Assembly: GCA_902772615.1 (NCBI GenBank) | Contig: CACYBC010000117.1 | Coordinates: 1-28,319 of the forward strand | DNA: 28,319 nt | Source: an uncultured Ruminococcus sp. | Lineage (GTDB): Bacteria; Bacillota; Clostridia; Oscillospirales; Ruminococcaceae | Direction: 5' to 3' | Part shown: piece after piece, positions 16,361 through 24,392 of the stretch | Numbering within the stretch: the stretch's first letter is position 1 | Layout: every line of letters begins with the position of its first letter | The notes under the pieces: generated by a model | What the model was told of the DNA's origin: nothing | The model's input: only the letters and a program-made list of their open reading frames with translations | Databases searched by the model: none | Made by a program: the position numbers and the translations under genes

Positions 16361-17896
16361 TCATCTTCTCCACTTCAGGTCAGCTGCTTTCTCCAGAAGG
16401 AGTCGGATCGCGGGCCTTTCAGGCTCCTGCTGCATGAAGACGGTGTCTTCAAACATGATGGAGCGGGGATTCTCGTTGGTGAACTTCTCCCATGTGGGCA
16501 TCGGAGTTCCGTCGGCATCGTTGCCGTTGGGATCTCCGTTCTTTGCGAAGTTGGTCCAATAGTTGCACATCAGCCTCGCCAGATCATAGTGCTTTGCCTG
16601 GAAAGGCCTCCAACACTTGGCCAGTGTCTCAAAAACGAACCACAGGTCGCTGGAATGGAATGCGCCGGGATTGTCCCAACCCGGGATCTCCGGCCCGAAT
16701 GAGTAGAAATACTCGTCCAGACCGTGATCTGCTCCGTTCATGTGAAGCAGTTCGATACCGAATCTCTGGTTGTTGATCTTGAGAGCATCCTTGAGCCCGT
16801 CGAGATCGACGTTATCATAGTCTGCTGCGGAAAGGACTTCCGCCGCGGCTTCTTCTCCGACCATGGCTGAGATCCTGTCACGGATCTCTTCCTTGCTGGA
16901 AGCTCTGCCAAACATATCGCCCATATCTCCGGTCGTATGTCCGCAGATCAGCGGGACCTGAAGCCTTCTGTTGGCAGCCATCATATTGACCGGATCGTCG
17001 TCGGCAAATACGCCGTCGATGTTGAAGCCCCAGCGCACATGTTTCTCTTCCATGAACTCAAGCATCTTGTCGCGAAGCGTGAAAGCATTGATCTGCTTTG
17101 CTTCCTCAAGACTCTTTACGCCGATGAATTTGAAGAACTCAACGCCGTTTGCTTCAGCTTCAGCCAGAGTGGGATAGCCGTATCCGCCTCCGATGCTGAT
17201 GCCGCCGCTGCTCATGGAGATGCCTCTCTTGATGACATCGGTGCTGTTGAGAGGGGAGAGCAACTGGAAAAGCGTGCTGCGTCCGCCCGCGGACTGTCCG
17301 AAGATAGTGATGTTGTCGGGGTCGCCTCCGAAGGCGGCGATGTTGCGCTTTACCCAGAGGGTGCCGAAGCGCTGGTCATAGCTTCCGAAGTTAGTGTAGC
17401 ATTTGTCTTCCGCCGTGGCTGTGATCTCGGGATGCGCGAAGAATCCGAATATGTTGACTCTGTAGTTTACGGAGACGAGGATAACACCTCTTCTCGCGAT
17501 CCTTTCGCCGTCGAACTCCATCTCGGAAGGATGTCCTTCCTGAAGACCGCCGCCGTAGTACCAAACCATGACCGGCAGTTTCTCATCGGCTGATTTAGCC
17601 GGAGTCCAGATGTTGAGCTGCAGGCAGTCCTCGCTCATCACCAGATCGGGATCTACGTTCCACTCTCTGGTGTAGATGTTGTCAGGATCAAGGCCCGGAT
17701 ATTTCTGCATGGCGATAGGCCCGAAGGTGTAGCACTCCCTGACGCCTTCCCAGTCCTCAGCGGGCTGCGGTCCTTTCCATCTCAGGTCTCCTACAGGAGG
17801 CTTGGCAAAGGGTATGCCCTTGAAGGCGGTTATTCTGGGGTCAGCTGCAGGGATACCTTTGACCCAGCCGTTTTCAGTCTTAACTACTCTAAGCAT
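16361..17896 (-). CDS. Type-B carboxylesterase (alpha/beta hydrolase, COesterase family), paralogue 2
   Basis: FKGIPFAKPPVGDLRWK, SEDCLQLNIWTP, YGGG, NYRVNIFGF, nucleophile elbow GQSAGG, GHTTGD (acid position) and FHSSDL (His). No signal peptide is visible. Confidence 0.93.
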   Translation of the reverse strand: MLRVVKTENGWVKGIPAADPRITAFKGIPFAKPPVGDLRWKGPQPAEDWEGVRECYTFGPIAMQKYPGLDPDNIYTREWNVDPDLVMSEDCLQLNIWTPAKSADEKLPVMVWYYGGGLQEGHPSEMEFDGERIARRGVILVSVNYRVNIFGFFAHPEITATAEDKCYTNFGSYDQRFGTLWVKRNIAAFGGDPDNITIFGQSAGGRSTLFQLLSPLNSTDVIKRGISMSSGGISIGGGYGYPTLAEAEANGVEFFKFIGVKSLEEAKQINAFTLRDKMLEFMEEKHVRWGFNIDGVFADDDPVNMMAANRRLQVPLICGHTTGDMGDMFGRASSKEEIRDRISAMVGEEAAAEVLSAADYDNVDLDGLKDALKINNQRFGIELLHMNGADHGLDEYFYSFGPEIPGWDNPGAFHSSDLWFVFETLAKCWRPFQAKHYDLARLMCNYWTNFAKNGDPNGNDADGTPMPTWEKFTNENPRSIMFEDTVFMQQEPERPAIRLLLEKAADLKWRR

Positions 17897-17915
17897 TAGT
17901 TTCTCCTAATATTCA

Positions 17916-19421
17916 TTATTTGCTGTTTCTTTCCACGAGGACATTCATAGCCTCGCTGGGCTTGTCCACGCAGGCCTCAACGACATCGTTGAACCAGACG
18001 GCGTTGGGCTCGGCAGTGGTATAGGGTTTCCAGAGGGGCATCGGGGTACCGTCGTTGTCGGGACCGTTGGGATCGCCTGTGCGGAAGAAGTTGGCCCAGT
18101 AGTTGCACATGTTCCTGGCAAGATCCATGTGTTTGCCTTTGAAGGGCCTCCAGCATTTTGCAAGGTTCTCAAAGAAGAACCAGAGGTCTACGGAGTGGAA
18201 GGTGCCGGGATTGTCCCATCCGGGGATCTCAGCGTTGAATACATAATAATAGAAGGGTTCTTCGATACCGATGGCCTCATTCTTCTTGACGAGAGTCCTG
18301 AAAGCGACTTCTATGCCGCTGACATTGGCGATGGACTTGGCTGTCTCGAGATCGTCGCCGCAGGCTTTGAGGAAATCATCGGCATAATCACCGAGGCTCG
18401 CTCTGACTCTGGCGGCAAACTCTTCCATGGAGTCTGCATCGATGCGGGAACGGAACTCATCCTGGGTCCTGCCGACCATGAGAGGTACACGCAGACGCTT
18501 GCCTTCCGACATGAGCTTGAAGGGATCTCCGGGCAGATAAACACCGTCAGGCGTGGATCCGAAGCGGGCGCGGAACTCGTTCTCAAAGTCCACTCCCTTA
18601 TCGCGAAGCGTCACCGCATCTATCTGTCTGGCTTCTTCCAGTGTCTTAACGCCGAGGAACTCGAAGAATCTCTCGCCCTGTGCCTGAGCCTCTTCAAAGT
18701 TCAGACGTCTGCGCTCATCATAAACACCGGCAAACATGCCGCTCATGATGACCGCTTTCTGGAACAGACCCTCATTGGAGGGGCTGACGAGCTGTGTGCA
18801 TACGCTTCCGCCGCCTGCCGACTGTCCTCCGATGGTGATGTTGTCGGGATCTCCGCCGAAAGCAGCGATATTTCTCTTGACCCAGCGGGTACCGGCCTGC
18901 TGGTCGAGGTTTCCGAAGTTTGTAGGAGCATCGGGCTGTGTGGCCGTCAGTTCAGGGTGCGCAAGGAATCCGAACACATTGAGACGATAGTTTACGGTAA
19001 CTACCACCACGCCTCTTCTCGCGATCCTCTCGCCGTCGAATTCCATCTCAGCGGGGTTGCCTTCTCTGAGGCCGCCGCCGAAATACCATACATAGACGGG
19101 AAGCTTGTCTTCCGTCGTCTTTGCGGGCGTCCATACATTCAGGTACAGGCAGTCCTCATCCATGGGGATCTCGGGATCAACGTTCCACTCTCTGGTGTAG
19201 ATGTTGTTGGGATCCAGTCCGGGTATGTGCTGCATCGAGATAGGCGCGAATGTCCAGCATTTCAGCTCACCTTCCCAGGGAATGACGGGCTGTGGAGCAC
19301 GCCAGCGGTTCTCACCTACAGGAGGCGCTGCAAACGGGATGCCCTTGAAAGCAGTCACACGGGGGTCGGCTGCAGGGATTCCGAGAACTACGCCGCCTTC
19401 TACAGTAGCCTTTCTGATCAT
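17916..19421 (-). CDS. Type-B carboxylesterase (alpha/beta hydrolase, COesterase family), paralogue 1
   Basis: FKGIPFAAPPVGENRWR, DEDCLYLNVWTP, FGGG, NYRLNVFGF, GQSAGG, GRTQDE (Glu) and FHSVDL (His). No signal peptide is visible. Confidence 0.93.
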   Translation of the reverse strand: MIRKATVEGGVVLGIPAADPRVTAFKGIPFAAPPVGENRWRAPQPVIPWEGELKCWTFAPISMQHIPGLDPNNIYTREWNVDPEIPMDEDCLYLNVWTPAKTTEDKLPVYVWYFGGGLREGNPAEMEFDGERIARRGVVVVTVNYRLNVFGFLAHPELTATQPDAPTNFGNLDQQAGTRWVKRNIAAFGGDPDNITIGGQSAGGGSVCTQLVSPSNEGLFQKAVIMSGMFAGVYDERRRLNFEEAQAQGERFFEFLGVKTLEEARQIDAVTLRDKGVDFENEFRARFGSTPDGVYLPGDPFKLMSEGKRLRVPLMVGRTQDEFRSRIDADSMEEFAARVRASLGDYADDFLKACGDDLETAKSIANVSGIEVAFRTLVKKNEAIGIEEPFYYYVFNAEIPGWDNPGTFHSVDLWFFFENLAKCWRPFKGKHMDLARNMCNYWANFFRTGDPNGPDNDGTPMPLWKPYTTAEPNAVWFNDVVEACVDKPSEAMNVLVERNSK

Positions 19422-19556
19422 TGTTTTCTCCTTTCGATTGATCGACTTATGGTATTATGCATATTCAACAAGATAATGGTTCTATGCGTGATGCCATTTA
19501 CTCAATACTACCATAATGAGAATCGGAATAAAATCCTTGAGTAATCTTTTTGAAAC

Positions 19557-19586
19557 AAAAAAAGGCAGGGCACAGGCCCTGCCTTT
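19557..19586 (-). terminator. Intrinsic terminator of nfnAB
   Basis: Perfect 11-bp stem AAAGGCAGGGC / GCCCTGCCTTT with a 4-nt loop. The A-run gives a U-tail on the minus strand, 18 nt past the nfnB stop. Confidence 0.88.
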
Positions 19587-19603
19587 AATATAGCATAAAG
19601 AGA

Positions 19604-21013
19604 TTATTTGCTGAGGTACTCGTGGATGGACTTTGCGGCAAGTTTGCCGGCTCCCATCGCGGAGATGACGGTCGCAGCACCGGTGACTGCGTCGCCGCCT
19701 GCGTAGACGCCTTCCTTGGAGGTGGCGCCGTTATCGTCGACGATGATACCGCCGTGGCCGTTGACATCAAGACCGGCTGTGGTGTTCTTGATCAGCGGGT
19801 TGGGGGAGGTACCGATAGCCATAACGACTGTGTCGACATCGATCACGAATTCGCTTCCCTCTACGGGGACAGGACGGCGGCGGCCTCTCTCATCGGGCTC
19901 ACCGAGCTCCATACGGATGCACTTCATACCGGTCACGAAACCGTTCTTGGGATCGCGGCGGTCATCGGGATTGTTGTATCCGAGGATCTCTACCGGATTG
20001 TTGAGAAGCTTGAAGATGATGCCTTCTTCCTTGGCGTGTTCGACTTCCTCACGGCGTGCCGGGAGCTCTTCCTCAGAGCGGCGATAGACGATGTAGACAT
20101 TGTCAGCGCCGAGTCTGAGAGCTGTTCTCGCAGCGTCCATGGCAACGTTTCCGCCGCCGACTACCGCGACGTTTCCGCCCTTCATGATGGGGGTAACGGG
20201 ATCGTCGAGATAGGATTTCATGAGGTTGGAGCGGGTGAGGAACTCGTTGGCGCTGTATACGCCCTTGAGGGACTCGCCAGGGATACCCATGAAGTTGGGG
20301 AGTCCTGCGCCGGAGCCGACATAAACGGCCTCATAGCCCTGTTCAAAGAGCTCATCGATGGTGAGGGTCTTACCGATGACGACGTTGGTCTCGACATCGA
20401 CGCCCATGGCGATAAGGTTGTCGACTTCCTGCTGAACGATCTTCTTGGGAAGACGGAACTCAGGAATGCCGTAGACAAGAACGCCGCCGGCGGTGTGAAG
20501 AGCTTCAAATACGGTAACCTTGTAGCCGAGCTTGGCAAGATCGCCTGCGCAGGTCAGTCCGGAGGGGCCGGAACCTACAACAGCGACTTTGTGTCCGTTG
20601 AAGGGAGCGGGTTCGGGCTTCTGATCGCTGTGATCCCTGTGCCAGTCAGCGACGAATCTCTCAAGACGGCCGATTCCTACGGGCTCGCCTTTGATTCCGC
20701 GGATGCACTTGGATTCGCACTGTGTCTCCTGAGGGCATACACGTCCGCAGACTGCGGGGAGGGAAGAAGTCTCGTGGATGACCTGATATGCACCCTCGAA
20801 ATCTCCCTCTTTGATCTTATCGATGAATTCGGGGATATGTACATTGACCGGGCAGCCGGACACGCAGGGCATATTCTTGCAGTGCAGGCAGCGCTGCGCC
20901 TCATCAAGAGCGATCTCTTCGCTGTAGCCGATGGCAACTTCGTTGAAGTTGTGGGCACGGACCAGAGGATCCTGAGAGGGCATCGGGTTCTTGGTAAGAC
21001 TCATGTTAGGCAT
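19604..21013 (-). CDS. nfnB: NfnB, large subunit of the electron-bifurcating NADH-dependent ferredoxin:NADP+ oxidoreductase (often annotated homotetrameric glutamate synthase GltA / SudA)
   Basis: Fe-S motifs RCLHCKNMPCVSGCPV and CGRVCPQETQCESKC, FAD GSGPSG, GIPEFRLP, NADP GGGNVAMDAAR / YRRS and GGDAVTGAATV. It is directly downstream of an NfnA-like gene. Confidence 0.88.
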   Translation of the reverse strand: MPNMSLTKNPMPSQDPLVRAHNFNEVAIGYSEEIALDEAQRCLHCKNMPCVSGCPVNVHIPEFIDKIKEGDFEGAYQVIHETSSLPAVCGRVCPQETQCESKCIRGIKGEPVGIGRLERFVADWHRDHSDQKPEPAPFNGHKVAVVGSGPSGLTCAGDLAKLGYKVTVFEALHTAGGVLVYGIPEFRLPKKIVQQEVDNLIAMGVDVETNVVIGKTLTIDELFEQGYEAVYVGSGAGLPNFMGIPGESLKGVYSANEFLTRSNLMKSYLDDPVTPIMKGGNVAVVGGGNVAMDAARTALRLGADNVYIVYRRSEEELPARREEVEHAKEEGIIFKLLNNPVEILGYNNPDDRRDPKNGFVTGMKCIRMELGEPDERGRRRPVPVEGSEFVIDVDTVVMAIGTSPNPLIKNTTAGLDVNGHGGIIVDDNGATSKEGVYAGGDAVTGAATVISAMGAGKLAAKSIHEYLSK

Positions 21014-21014
21014 A

Positions 21015-21866
21015 TTATTTTACCTCCTTGAAGAGATTGCAGGCTTCTTCGTATGCATGGCGCTCAAAGGCTACGTACATGGTTCCGCGGGACATGGCTT
21101 CGTCGAAGTCGACTTCATATCCGTTGAAATCAGGTCCGTCAACGCATGCAAACTTGGTGACCTTCTTGCCGTCTTGATTGAGGGTCAGTCTGCATCCGCC
21201 GCACATTCCGGTTCCGTCGATCATGATCGGGTTCATGGAAACCGTACAGGGGATACCGGTGGGCTGGCAGGCAAGGACGACGAACTTCATCATGATCAGC
21301 GGTCCGATCGTGATGACTTCATCAAAGGTCTCACCCTTCTCAAACAGCTCCTTGAGAGGAACTGTGACATTGCCTTCGCGGCTGTATGAGCCGTCATCTG
21401 TCATGACGATGAGCTCATCAGAGCATGCACGGAACTCGTCTTCAAGAATGAGCAGGTCTTTTGTGCGGAATCCGATGATGGAAGTGACATGGGCACCGAG
21501 TTCATGCAGCTTCTGGGCGATGGGGAGCGCGATGGCGCATCCGACGCCGCCTCCGACGATGCAGACCTTCTTGAGGCCGTCAAGATGCGTCGCGACACCG
21601 AGAGGACCTACGAAGTCCTGGAGGTAATCGCCGACATTCTTGTGATTGAGTTTCTCTGTCGTGGCACCGACTATCTGGAAGATGATCTTGACAGTGCCTT
21701 TCTCGCGGTCATAGCCTGCTACCGTGAGGGGGATGCGCTCGCCGTCAGCATCAACGCGGAGGATGATGAACTGACCGGGTTCTGCTTTCGCAGCGACCAG
21801 GGGAGCTTCGATCTGCATCATGGTAACTGTGGGATTAAGGCTGACCTTTTCCACGATTTTGTACAT
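21015..21866 (-). CDS. nfnA: NfnA, small subunit (PyrK/SudB-like FAD/NAD-binding 2Fe-2S protein)
   Basis: GQFIILR, ERIPLT, GPLG, GGGVGCA, GPLIMM and the 2Fe-2S motif MIDGTGMCGGCR...ACVDGPDF. Confidence 0.9.
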   Translation of the reverse strand: MYKIVEKVSLNPTVTMMQIEAPLVAAKAEPGQFIILRVDADGERIPLTVAGYDREKGTVKIIFQIVGATTEKLNHKNVGDYLQDFVGPLGVATHLDGLKKVCIVGGGVGCAIALPIAQKLHELGAHVTSIIGFRTKDLLILEDEFRACSDELIVMTDDGSYSREGNVTVPLKELFEKGETFDEVITIGPLIMMKFVVLACQPTGIPCTVSMNPIMIDGTGMCGGCRLTLNQDGKKVTKFACVDGPDFNGYEVDFDEAMSRGTMYVAFERHAYEEACNLFKEVK

Positions 21867-21961
21867 GCTTTAGTCTCCTTTTGAGGTTTGATTTTCTTTT
21901 TATTCTGCGCTGTGTTTTTCTCACACTAATACGTGCGGACAATTTCCATGCCCGCACGTGT

Positions 21962-21991
21962 AAATATAACATATGGAATCGTTTTGCCGCA
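21962..21991 (-). promoter_or_regulatory. Putative sigma-A promoter for nfnAB
   Basis: Minus strand TTGCGG-18 bp-TATATT with an extended TG (TGTTATATT). Confidence 0.45.
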
Positions 21992-22056
21992 AGTGAAAAG
22001 AGATATTTATAGGTCGTTTCGCCTGCAATTCGAAAATACCGCTCTCAAAACGGCTT

Positions 22057-23505
22057 TCAGGATATCCTGATAAGGTTCCAGGACAGAGGTGCGAGCACGG
22101 TATTGCACACCGAACCTTCCACCTCGGCTTTCTCGGTCACTGTCTGCATTCCGCGGATGGTCATCAGCTCAGCCTTGCTGAATTCTCCCATTCCGGAGAA
22201 GTCGACTTTCAGTTCAGCCTGTTCCGTCTCGCTTCTGTTGACCACAAATACGGAAAGGGAACCGTCATCGCATTTCACCACTGCGCTGTCGAGCATCGGA
22301 ACACCGTTGTAAAGCTTGCAGTCGTATGTCGGCGCGTCTACCACAGGCTTGATCGATGTGCCTCTGCCGTAGTTCGATGCATGCATGATGGGATAGTAGA
22401 TGGTCCTCACGTATGCTTCTCCGCCGGGTACCGTGGTGATAGGCGCGATCACGTTGATGAGCTGCGCGAAGCAGGAGACCTTGACCAGATCGGCGTTCCT
22501 GATGAGCGCGTTCATGAGAGTTCCGACGACAAGGGTATCGATATCGTCATAATCCTCTTCGTCGATCGCTCTGCCGACTACCCACTTTTCCGGAGCCTTC
22601 TGTTCGGTCGAGAAATGATACCAGACATTCCACTCGTCGAAGGAGAGATACACATCATGGTCACCCTTCTGCTCTATCTTTGCCTGCTTGCAGATGGAAC
22701 CGATGTACTGGATCATGTTCTCCATGTCTATATTGCTTGCCAGGAAAGAGGGGATATCGTGATCGTCGTTCCTGTAGTAGCTGTGCAAGGATACGTAGTT
22801 GACATCATTGTAGCAGTGCTTCAGGACAGTCTTTTCCCATTCGCCGTACGTCGGCATGCTGGTGTTGGAACTGCCGCAGGCGACCAGTTCGATGGAAGGA
22901 TCGATCCATTTCATCATCTTGGCCGTCTCGTGTGCGATCCTGCCGTACTCCTCAGCGGTCTTTCCGCAGATCTGCCAGGGGCCGTCCATCTCATTTCCGA
23001 GGCACCAGAGCTTGACATTGTAGGGCTCGGCGTGTCCGTTGCGTTTTCTTAGTTCGGCGTAATATGTGGGTGTCGTGCCGTTTACGTATTCAACGAGGTC
23101 GGCGGCATCCTGAGGAGTGCCGGTGCCCAGGTTCACTGCCAGCATGGGCTTGACTCCGAGGCGCTCGCACCAGCGCAGGAACTCATCTGTTCCTACAAGA
23201 TTCGGCTCGATCTGGAACCATGCCAGATCCAACCTCGCAGGTCTGTTTTCCTTGGGGCCGATCCCGTCTTTCCAGCGGTATCCGGAAAGGAAGTTTCCTC
23301 CCGGATAGCGGATGTGGGAGAGGTTGAGAGGCCTGACGAGATCCATGACGTCCTTGCGGAATCCGAATTCATCGGCTGTGGGATGATCGGGCTCATAGAT
23401 GCCTGTGTAGATGGCTCTTCCCATGTGCTCGACAAAGGAGCTGTATACTCTGTCGTCCACTTTGGAAACGATATTGTCGCTGCTGACTCTGATCGATGTT
23501 TTCAC
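22057..23505 (-). CDS. abfA: Alpha-L-arabinofuranosidase, GH51
   Basis: SSFVEHMGRAIYTGIY, IRYPGGNF, WCLGNEMDG (acid/base Glu), FDEWNVWY (nucleophile Glu) and AQLINVI. GTG start after AGGAGG; no signal peptide is visible. Confidence 0.95.
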   Translation of the reverse strand: MKTSIRVSSDNIVSKVDDRVYSSFVEHMGRAIYTGIYEPDHPTADEFGFRKDVMDLVRPLNLSHIRYPGGNFLSGYRWKDGIGPKENRPARLDLAWFQIEPNLVGTDEFLRWCERLGVKPMLAVNLGTGTPQDAADLVEYVNGTTPTYYAELRKRNGHAEPYNVKLWCLGNEMDGPWQICGKTAEEYGRIAHETAKMMKWIDPSIELVACGSSNTSMPTYGEWEKTVLKHCYNDVNYVSLHSYYRNDDHDIPSFLASNIDMENMIQYIGSICKQAKIEQKGDHDVYLSFDEWNVWYHFSTEQKAPEKWVVGRAIDEEDYDDIDTLVVGTLMNALIRNADLVKVSCFAQLINVIAPITTVPGGEAYVRTIYYPIMHASNYGRGTSIKPVVDAPTYDCKLYNGVPMLDSAVVKCDDGSLSVFVVNRSETEQAELKVDFSGMGEFSKAELMTIRGMQTVTEKAEVEGSVCNTVLAPLSWNLIRIS

Positions 23506-23556
23506 CTGTCTGTCCTCCTTGTAAGTTCAGGCATTGATTATGTACTTTAAATATAT

Positions 23557-23589
23557 AAAAGCGCAGAAGCAAAGTCCACTTCCGCGCTT
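23557..23589 (-). terminator. Intrinsic terminator after the histidine phosphatase gene
   Basis: Minus strand AAGCGCGGAAGT / GCTTCTGCGCTT followed by TTATATATTT. Confidence 0.75.
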
Positions 23590-23609
23590 GTTTTATTCGA
23601 TGCAATTTT

Positions 23610-24263
23610 TCAATAAAGGTCATACGGATCGTCTTCTTCCACCGGAAGGTTTTCCCCGGGTATGTCGCAGACGTACTCAAGTATCGGCTCTCTCAGGAAC
23701 AGGGACGGATCTGCCCTGACAGTAAAGCCCTGGCCGGCTTCGCAGTTCCATTCATACTGAGAGAGCTTCGGATAGGCGAGAGCTGCAAGTGCGGCGCTGA
23801 TAACGCCCGCATGGGTCACGACAGCGGCGCTGGTAACTCCTCTCGACATCATGTCGTCAACGATCTGTATGATGCCTTCCCGGCATCTCAGATAGAATGC
23901 CTTGGCAGGCTCCACTCCGGCAGGGGCGTAATCCGAGCCGGGAACGACCCATTTCGCATATTCCTCGTCATTCCTGAGCTGAACCATGGTCTTTCCCTCA
24001 AAGGGACCGAAAGATGCCTCACGGAGATTCTCCACTGCAGTGTATTCGCATCCCGGAAACAGTATCTCGGCTGTCTGCCTCGCTCTCAGAAGGGGACTGG
24101 CATATACTTCATCCACATAGGGGTAATCATATCTCTCCATCAGTTCATAAAGCTGACTGATGCCTTCTTCGCAGAGCGGAGGATCCAGAGTTCCGCAGTA
24201 TCTGCCTTCCAGATTGAAGTCGGTGAGACCGTGTCTTATGAGATGAAGCTTATATGTTTTCAA
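23610..24263 (-). CDS. Histidine phosphatase superfamily protein (CobC/GpmB-like)
   Basis: LIRHGLT (RHG), ASPLLRARQTA, LREASFGPFEG and VVTHAG. TTG start after AAAGGA. Substrate is unknown. Confidence 0.88.
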   Translation of the reverse strand: MKTYKLHLIRHGLTDFNLEGRYCGTLDPPLCEEGISQLYELMERYDYPYVDEVYASPLLRARQTAEILFPGCEYTAVENLREASFGPFEGKTMVQLRNDEEYAKWVVPGSDYAPAGVEPAKAFYLRCREGIIQIVDDMMSRGVTSAAVVTHAGVISAALAALAYPKLSQYEWNCEAGQGFTVRADPSLFLREPILEYVCDIPGENLPVEEDDPYDLY

Positions 24264-24324
24264 AACTTGGATTTCCTTTCAAAAAATACACAAAAGTTTT
24301 TTTATTATTTGGCATAAACTACAA

Positions 24325-24353
24325 TTTACTTGCAGTAATGAAGGTAATATAAT
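24325..24353 (+). promoter_or_regulatory. Putative sigma-A promoter for the XRE regulator, overlapped by the palindrome TTACT-TGC-AGTAA
   Basis: TTTACT (24325-24330), 17 bp, TATAAT (24348-24353). The inverted repeat spans 24326-24338. Confidence 0.7.
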
Positions 24354-24392
24354 CTCAAATACACTTCGTATTATCCAAGAAGGATCGTTCCA

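Noticed and set aside
18129-19544. 471-aa plus-strand ORF opposite esterase paralogue 1
   Set aside because: Antisense shadow ORF with no recognisable domain; the minus strand carries a full catalytic motif set.
19622-21031. 469-aa ORF antisense to nfnB over almost its full length
   Set aside because: It is a codon-aligned shadow of a highly biased gene whose preferred codons give few stops on the reverse strand. It has no SD or recognisable motifs.
23537-23553. AraR-like operator upstream of the GH51 gene
   Set aside because: About 9 of 16 positions match the Bacillus ATTTGTACGTACAAAT consensus, which is not above chance.
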